IMG/VR virus record: IMGVR_UViG_3300032214_000566
Coordinates: 32,881-96,880 of that record
From: a virus
DNA: 64,000 nucleotides
Reading direction: 5' to 3' (one strand)
A program made the position numbers and the translations under genes. Under the pieces are notes generated by a model. That model ran no database searches. It was not told where the DNA came from and saw only the letters and a list, made by a program, of their open reading frames with translations. Positions 60,401-64,000 of this stretch are shown piece after piece (the stretch's first letter is position 1; every line of letters begins with the position of its first letter).

Positions 60401-63400
60401 TTCTTTATTAACCAAAACATTCATTATTGATGGGTGGTCAACAATTATTTTCCATTTTAAAGTCCCAGTTCTTTCAGTGTTTTGGTAAGTATATATTGGT
60501 TCAGGTCTCCCTAAAAAAACATTGTCTTTCCATGATGTTCTAACATTATCATCAAAACTTAGTTCATATGGTGGGAACCACATAACTCTACCTCCGTTTG
60601 GACCTATTTCACAAGCAGGTAAACTATCAACCGTAAATCCTTTTTTACTTGATGTTCTCCAAGCTAAGTTCTCAATAGAGAACATATATTTTTTAACCTT
60701 CCCATCTTTTCCAATATTTGTGGAATCTTCACCATACATTGGTGCAATGTTCAAGTTATACGTCGCATCTAAAACGGAATACGTAGCACCTCTTATATTA
60801 CCTTTTCCATTATTTAATTTATTCTTTTGTAATTGTTTGTATGTACTATATGGTCTATCCTTGGTAAATAAACGACAATATTCATAACCTTGTACACTAC
60901 TCACAGGTGCAGTTCCACTCTGTACTGAAGTTGGTGTCACGTATCTAAAAACTCTAGAACCTTTGGTCATCTCTTGGTACCCGTCATTAAATACTTTACT
61001 AACTTGGTTAATCGCATTACCTACATGGTTAGGGTTAGATGATCTGGCACCTGCGTCAATTAATTTTTGAGTTATATCGAGTATCGACCCATCTGTAAGT
61101 GACAACGCTGAGGATTTACTATTATTAAACGCCTGTTGTAATATTGTATCAAACACAACATCAGTCGAGTTAACTATCTTATTGTTAAACCCAACAAATA
61201 AACCAGGTTTAATAAAAGAAGTCTCACTTGTTGTCCATGTGAAATTACCTATAATACTTGAATTACCAACAACCCCTAAAGTGTCTAAAGACCCGTTGTA
61301 ATAATTTCTACTATTTAAACCGAACAGCCTTTTATTAACATCATTACCCTCATACTCCTTACCTATCGCACCATAGTCAAAAACGGGACCGTTATTAGGT
61401 TTTCCGTCTCTTCCTTTAGGTTGGTCAAGTTTTGGACTAACAACATCTCTTATGAAATTTTTAGTGTTACCAACATAAAAAATAGGTTTAGGTGACGATA
61501 AATTAGGACTAACTAAAGAATCTAAATTATAATCAGGTCGATATGAATTATAAAATAACATATCAAACAACAATGACCTTGTTGCTCTTGATGTGTTTGC
61601 TAATAGTCTTTCAGACCCCGTATCAATATTCGCGGATAATAAATTATTTACAAGGTTACCCACAGCACCTGCAACAGCACCAATAGGATTTGCAAGCATT
61701 TGACTACCAAAGTTTTTATCAGGATAATCAAAATATTCACCAGGGATTATAGAATATGGTGAATAAAGACCTGATAGTCTAGCGGTAAACCCTAATACAT
61801 CCCCAACAATAGTTGATGGTGATGTTATTTGATAATTTTTTTGAATAAGGGGAACGTTATTAGTTACAACTCCTAAAATATCAAATGGGTCTATTGACGG
61901 ACTTGGTCCTATACCTCCTGATATTGTTGATACCGATGAATTGGATAAAATCGATCTACCTAATGTTTGTTGGTATAACTCATAAGCAACTCTCGTTTTA
62001 AATTCTTTTTGTAGTTGTTTTGCTGCGATTTTAGCCAAATTAGAATCCTGACTTAAACTTCCTTCGGTACCATTTGGATTGTCGCTATTTAGAATGTTAA
62101 TAGGACTGTAAAACGATGGAACAAATGAGAACGTAGTATCACTATTAGAATACGGTCTATTTAAACTATCAGGAAATATCTCATCAATAACTAATGGGTC
62201 ATACGACCCTTCACCCGTATTATAAAGATTTTTACCATAGTTATATGATTGAGATTGTTCTGTTGTTTTTCCAGGTTGTGATGCGGTAAAATCATATTCA
62301 CCCTTATTAGCTTGTGTTTGTGTATCTCTATTTGGGACGACAACGTCAGGTATAATAACCGGTTGGTACGGGTTTTTAACTACCGTATTTTTAAGTCTTT
62401 TATCACCAATCTGCTCAAGTTCACTATTATTACCAGAGTTCTCGGTTGGTTCGTATGGTCCTGCATTTGCACCAAGTGGGTTATCTTTATTAATATTAAT
62501 AACCGCACCGTAGTTAGTTACACTACTACCAAGACCATATTTATTTTTACCGTATAAAAATTTACCACGAACATTACCAACACTATTTAACTCACTATTA
62601 GCAGCATCACTAGCATCATCATATTCCCCATAGTTAGAAACATTTAAAGTTAGGGTAGGGAATAATTTTGAATCACCAAAACCCGTAGATACTGATTCAG
62701 GGTTATATTTGTTTAATACCCGTAGAATACTTTCTTGTGCGTCTCCTTTTAATTCTAATTCACTAGAAACCGCATCGGCAGGTCCGTAGTTACCCTCATT
62801 GGCTTTAGTTTGGAAATTTAGGTTAGGAGTAACTGAAGTATTACTTTGTGTCCCTTGTGGTCCATATTGATTAATAACAATTTGAGTTTCTTTTGAAGAT
62901 ATACCTATCTTTTCTAAATCACTACCTAAAGTATCTATAAAGTCATAGTGACCTTCGTTAGGTTTTGTTTGGTTATTAACATTAGGGTTAACAACATTTC
63001 TACTATCTGATTGGTCCGGACCATATTGGTTTTTAACAATCAGTTCGTTTTCTTTAACGTCACCGATAACTTCTAAATCACTTCCAAAAGTTTTTTCAAA
63101 TCCATATAGACCTTCGTTAGTACTTTTGTTTGTATTTTTATTGATGTTAACAGGATTACCAAAAGAATTAGCAAATTGGGTTGGTCCATATATGTTCTGA
63201 ACATATAATAGTTTTTCGGTGTTATCACCAATAACCTCTAATTTTGACCCTTCGGTGTTTTTAAAACCATATAAACCACCATTAGTCTCGGTACCTTTAT
63301 TAATGTTTATTTGAATAACATTACCGAATGTACCGCCAGGATTAAATTTATTTTGTTTTATTAATTTTTCTTCTTGTTTTTTCTGTTCAACACTGATATC

Positions 63401-63556
63401 TGGGGAATCACTAACTGAATAATCCACTAATGTGATTTCTTTTTTATCAATTTTTGAAGACGCGAATGAACCGTCAACCTTATATGGTTGTAAATTTTTT
63501 ACTAATAATTTTTTTCTAAAATTCTCAGTTGAATCAAACGAAAGTGGACTCTCCAT
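57446..63556 (-). CDS. Giant baseplate/tube-initiator-like protein (2036 aa) with N-terminal repeats and an OmpA-like domain
   Basis: MWFPPY.LSF...W....LGRPEPIYTYQNTERTG and PPICVIRVGDF...QPMIAEVTMSMKFIG (tube-initiator-like); internal IIGSAN...YNQSLSKRRADSV OmpA_C-like motif. Confidence 0.65.
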   Translation of the reverse strand: MESPLSFDSTENFRKKLLVKNLQPYKVDGSFASSKIDKKEITLVDYSVSDSPDISVEQKKQEEKLIKQNKFNPGGTFGNVIQININKGTETNGGLYGFKNTEGSKLEVIGDNTEKLLYVQNIYGPTQFANSFGNPVNINKNTNKSTNEGLYGFEKTFGSDLEVIGDVKENELIVKNQYGPDQSDSRNVVNPNVNNQTKPNEGHYDFIDTLGSDLEKIGISSKETQIVINQYGPQGTQSNTSVTPNLNFQTKANEGNYGPADAVSSELELKGDAQESILRVLNKYNPESVSTGFGDSKLFPTLTLNVSNYGEYDDASDAANSELNSVGNVRGKFLYGKNKYGLGSSVTNYGAVININKDNPLGANAGPYEPTENSGNNSELEQIGDKRLKNTVVKNPYQPVIIPDVVVPNRDTQTQANKGEYDFTASQPGKTTEQSQSYNYGKNLYNTGEGSYDPLVIDEIFPDSLNRPYSNSDTTFSFVPSFYSPINILNSDNPNGTEGSLSQDSNLAKIAAKQLQKEFKTRVAYELYQQTLGRSILSNSSVSTISGGIGPSPSIDPFDILGVVTNNVPLIQKNYQITSPSTIVGDVLGFTARLSGLYSPYSIIPGEYFDYPDKNFGSQMLANPIGAVAGAVGNLVNNLLSANIDTGSERLLANTSRATRSLLFDMLFYNSYRPDYNLDSLVSPNLSSPKPIFYVGNTKNFIRDVVSPKLDQPKGRDGKPNNGPVFDYGAIGKEYEGNDVNKRLFGLNSRNYYNGSLDTLGVVGNSSIIGNFTWTTSETSFIKPGLFVGFNNKIVNSTDVVFDTILQQAFNNSKSSALSLTDGSILDITQKLIDAGARSSNPNHVGNAINQVSKVFNDGYQEMTKGSRVFRYVTPTSVQSGTAPVSSVQGYEYCRLFTKDRPYSTYKQLQKNKLNNGKGNIRGATYSVLDATYNLNIAPMYGEDSTNIGKDGKVKKYMFSIENLAWRTSSKKGFTVDSLPACEIGPNGGRVMWFPPYELSFDDNVRTSWKDNVFLGRPEPIYTYQNTERTGTLKWKIIVDHPSIMNVLVNKELAKENTSVATKVIDSFIAGCTEYDIYDLLKKYKSFSLTDIYDVIETVSNVTELIPSVPNPNIVGEVVVQETPNIAQDATGSASGQTQQENIEIAKFQDIQLLFENAIPASTDTSSSYEKFYNQLSGLKSTYNSGAANKVFNYNGTVLNNPPANFGLGDFLDTRKDSISGVFTFLDSEYNTFKELLSKVIKLCDGGNKVTLDIIGSANSTASATYNQSLSKRRADSVIKMITDYTEGELKMKDMIDKKLLLFNTQTNGETQEINEEGYRDIKCSKPFNNQSTYKMSVQGMMCRRTKVGVAKVDPPAEVPPVASTQISEAPEGEIDPLGADVNNINDTQPQSESSYVVKQTQKKTLTNEVRDGITKRLLRKLLSECSYFEMVREENPMIYDGIRSKIKNFNPVFHSITPEGLNARLTFLQQCMRPGDTIPTAVETGQNTTTLQYNDVTNSAFGSPPICVIRVGDFFHTKVVFESLDLKFDDAVYDLNPEGIGVQPMIAEVTMSMKFIGGQGLREPIAKLQNALSFNYYANTEMYDERAEETEEINPKFEKQLIDDIKNEIGDVGPQKRPEVNDGGVTLGVVENTYLDVNTSQIKGKIRYKEVMDTMVDKTENYINGVYSTLQNLKTDLLWGGLILYTSNPKFKTGLFNYLLGNITNDVNIFGKPDGYQDRVDKLFNGAKDDVEDETSPILGGLGQENFPTNGEIRKVKRKVKEMIDSRKNNYLQSLEKNTSKLVKSQLEFIKYSDQVNYILSNVDGYKNKSGGVVIYDISGTTEIAAGSTAANTYDELRDDFLTIRTDINGLNDKFGEYQLIPKGVGKVYSDDFNFETYIDSNSPKDVRFFLIFGKEILEDPDKFINEIMTSIPDAISETGWRKLLYQNIGINILNQGIGISFNNTPQKTYLPNGRYKNYEKSKKTLDDNFNNFKNIYFSVKFPNDKYISFNKGKVRLFDLTKQTPVSPPNDVNLLALWDTVDSTGNDFNLKKTMN
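62280..63410 (-). repeat. About 7 degenerate ~53 aa protein repeats (SxLExxG...NxYgP...NeGxY)
   Basis: Aligned by eye: GSKLEVIGD, GSDLEVIGD, GSDLEKIG, SSELELKGD, NSELNSVG, NSELEQIGD units. Confidence 0.8.
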
Positions 63557-63601
63557 CTATTATCTTTTATTAGATAAATAGGTTATAAGGTTATTTTATA
63601 A

Positions 63602-64000
63602 TTACCTTGTTTGTAATCTTGTTTTAGATTTTGATAATAAATCTTTTTTATCGAACACATCCATAATTTTTTCAGTGAGTTGTCTCTTAAACTCTCCGTC
63701 TCTTGATAGTAAGTCGGATAATGGACTATTAGGAATTCCCTTAATATTTAAATCTACGGTTATGTTAAAATTGTTATCTATTGTTTGTGATATATTTTGA
63801 GATGTTTCTTGTTTAGATGTAATTGTTTGTGTTGGTAATGTTTTCGGTTCATTATTTTTAAACGATATCTCAGTTGGAGTCGACGACTCTAAACTTTTAA
63901 CTTTTAAATAACTTTCTTTTAAAACTGATAATTTTTTATCTAAATCGGGAGCAAATACTCCTTTATCCTCATCTATAAAATTAAACATCTGACCCTTACC
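63602..64000 (-). CDS. 3' end of a gene entering from beyond the window, possibly tape-measure protein
   Basis: Frame stays open to the window edge (GKGQMFNF...); position upstream of hub genes and an NFNITVDLNIKG tail are typical of tape-measure C-termini. Confidence 0.45.
   Translation of the reverse strand, partial: GKGQMFNFIDEDKGVFAPDLDKKLSVLKESYLKVKSLESSTPTEISFKNNEPKTLPTQTITSKQETSQNISQTIDNNFNITVDLNIKGIPNSPLSDLLSRDGEFKRQLTEKIMDVFDKKDLLSKSKTRLQTR

Larger units (their letters stand above)
1..64000 (-). mobile_element. Segment of a large myovirus-like (contractile-tail) phage genome, probable Bacteroidota host
   Basis: T4-like replication genes interleaved with gp25/gp6/gp53/hub-like baseplate genes; one coding strand; very short intergenic gaps; no bacterial housekeeping operons. 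Confidence 0.93.

Noticed and set aside
156-62557. All plus-strand ORFs in the six-frame track (e.g. 22318..22836, 43893..44369, 50953..51342)
   Set aside because: They are antisense shadows of long minus-strand genes; 22318..22836 merely mirrors the Gly-X-Ser repeat. None has independent signals
25931-63556. Bacterial extracellular contractile injection system or tailocin locus
   Set aside because: Baseplate genes are interleaved with gp32, UvsX, helicase, primase and RNR, which indicates a replicating phage
1-64000. Stop-codon reassignment as seen in some large phages
   Set aside because: Genes are full length in code 11, and TAA, TAG (e.g. 870, 18954, 25931) and TGA (e.g. 14743) all act as stops
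1-64000. tRNA/rRNA genes or a diversity-generating retroelement
   Set aside because: The few intergenic gaps long enough for a tRNA are taken up by terminators and promoters, with no cloverleaf seen; no reverse transcriptase or template/variable repeat pair was noticed by eye

Overview
A 64 kb, AT-rich, gap-free segment of a large (probably jumbo) myovirus-like bacteriophage. All credible genes are on the minus strand and use the standard genetic code. In transcription order (64000 down to 1) it holds: a probable tape-measure C-terminus; giant baseplate/hub proteins; a T4-like replication block (gp32 SSB, RecA/UvsX, 5'-3' exonuclease, replicative helicase, nrdB, nrdA); gp25/gp6/gp7-like wedge genes; a ~17 kb array of Cys-rich, SprB-repeat, (Thr-Pro)n and (Gly-X-Ser)n fibre/decoration proteins with five glycosyltransferase-like genes embedded in it; and finally RuvC, primase, a PD-(D/E)XK nuclease, SbcD/SbcC and a DNA methyltransferase. 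A Bacteroidota (Flavobacteria-like) host is inferred from TTTG-N19-TAnnTTTG promoters, A-rich leaders without Shine-Dalgarno, and SprB and DUF1573-like domains. The best candidate for a new system is phage-encoded mucin-type O-glycosylation of the virion. A GT60-like GlcNAc transferase cassette is flanked by Thr-Pro mucin-like fibres, and an [S/T]-[G/A]-x-[T/S] tetrapeptide is strongly enriched only in peripheral virion proteins. All family assignments come from motif recognition by eye, with no database searches, and motif counts are manual.
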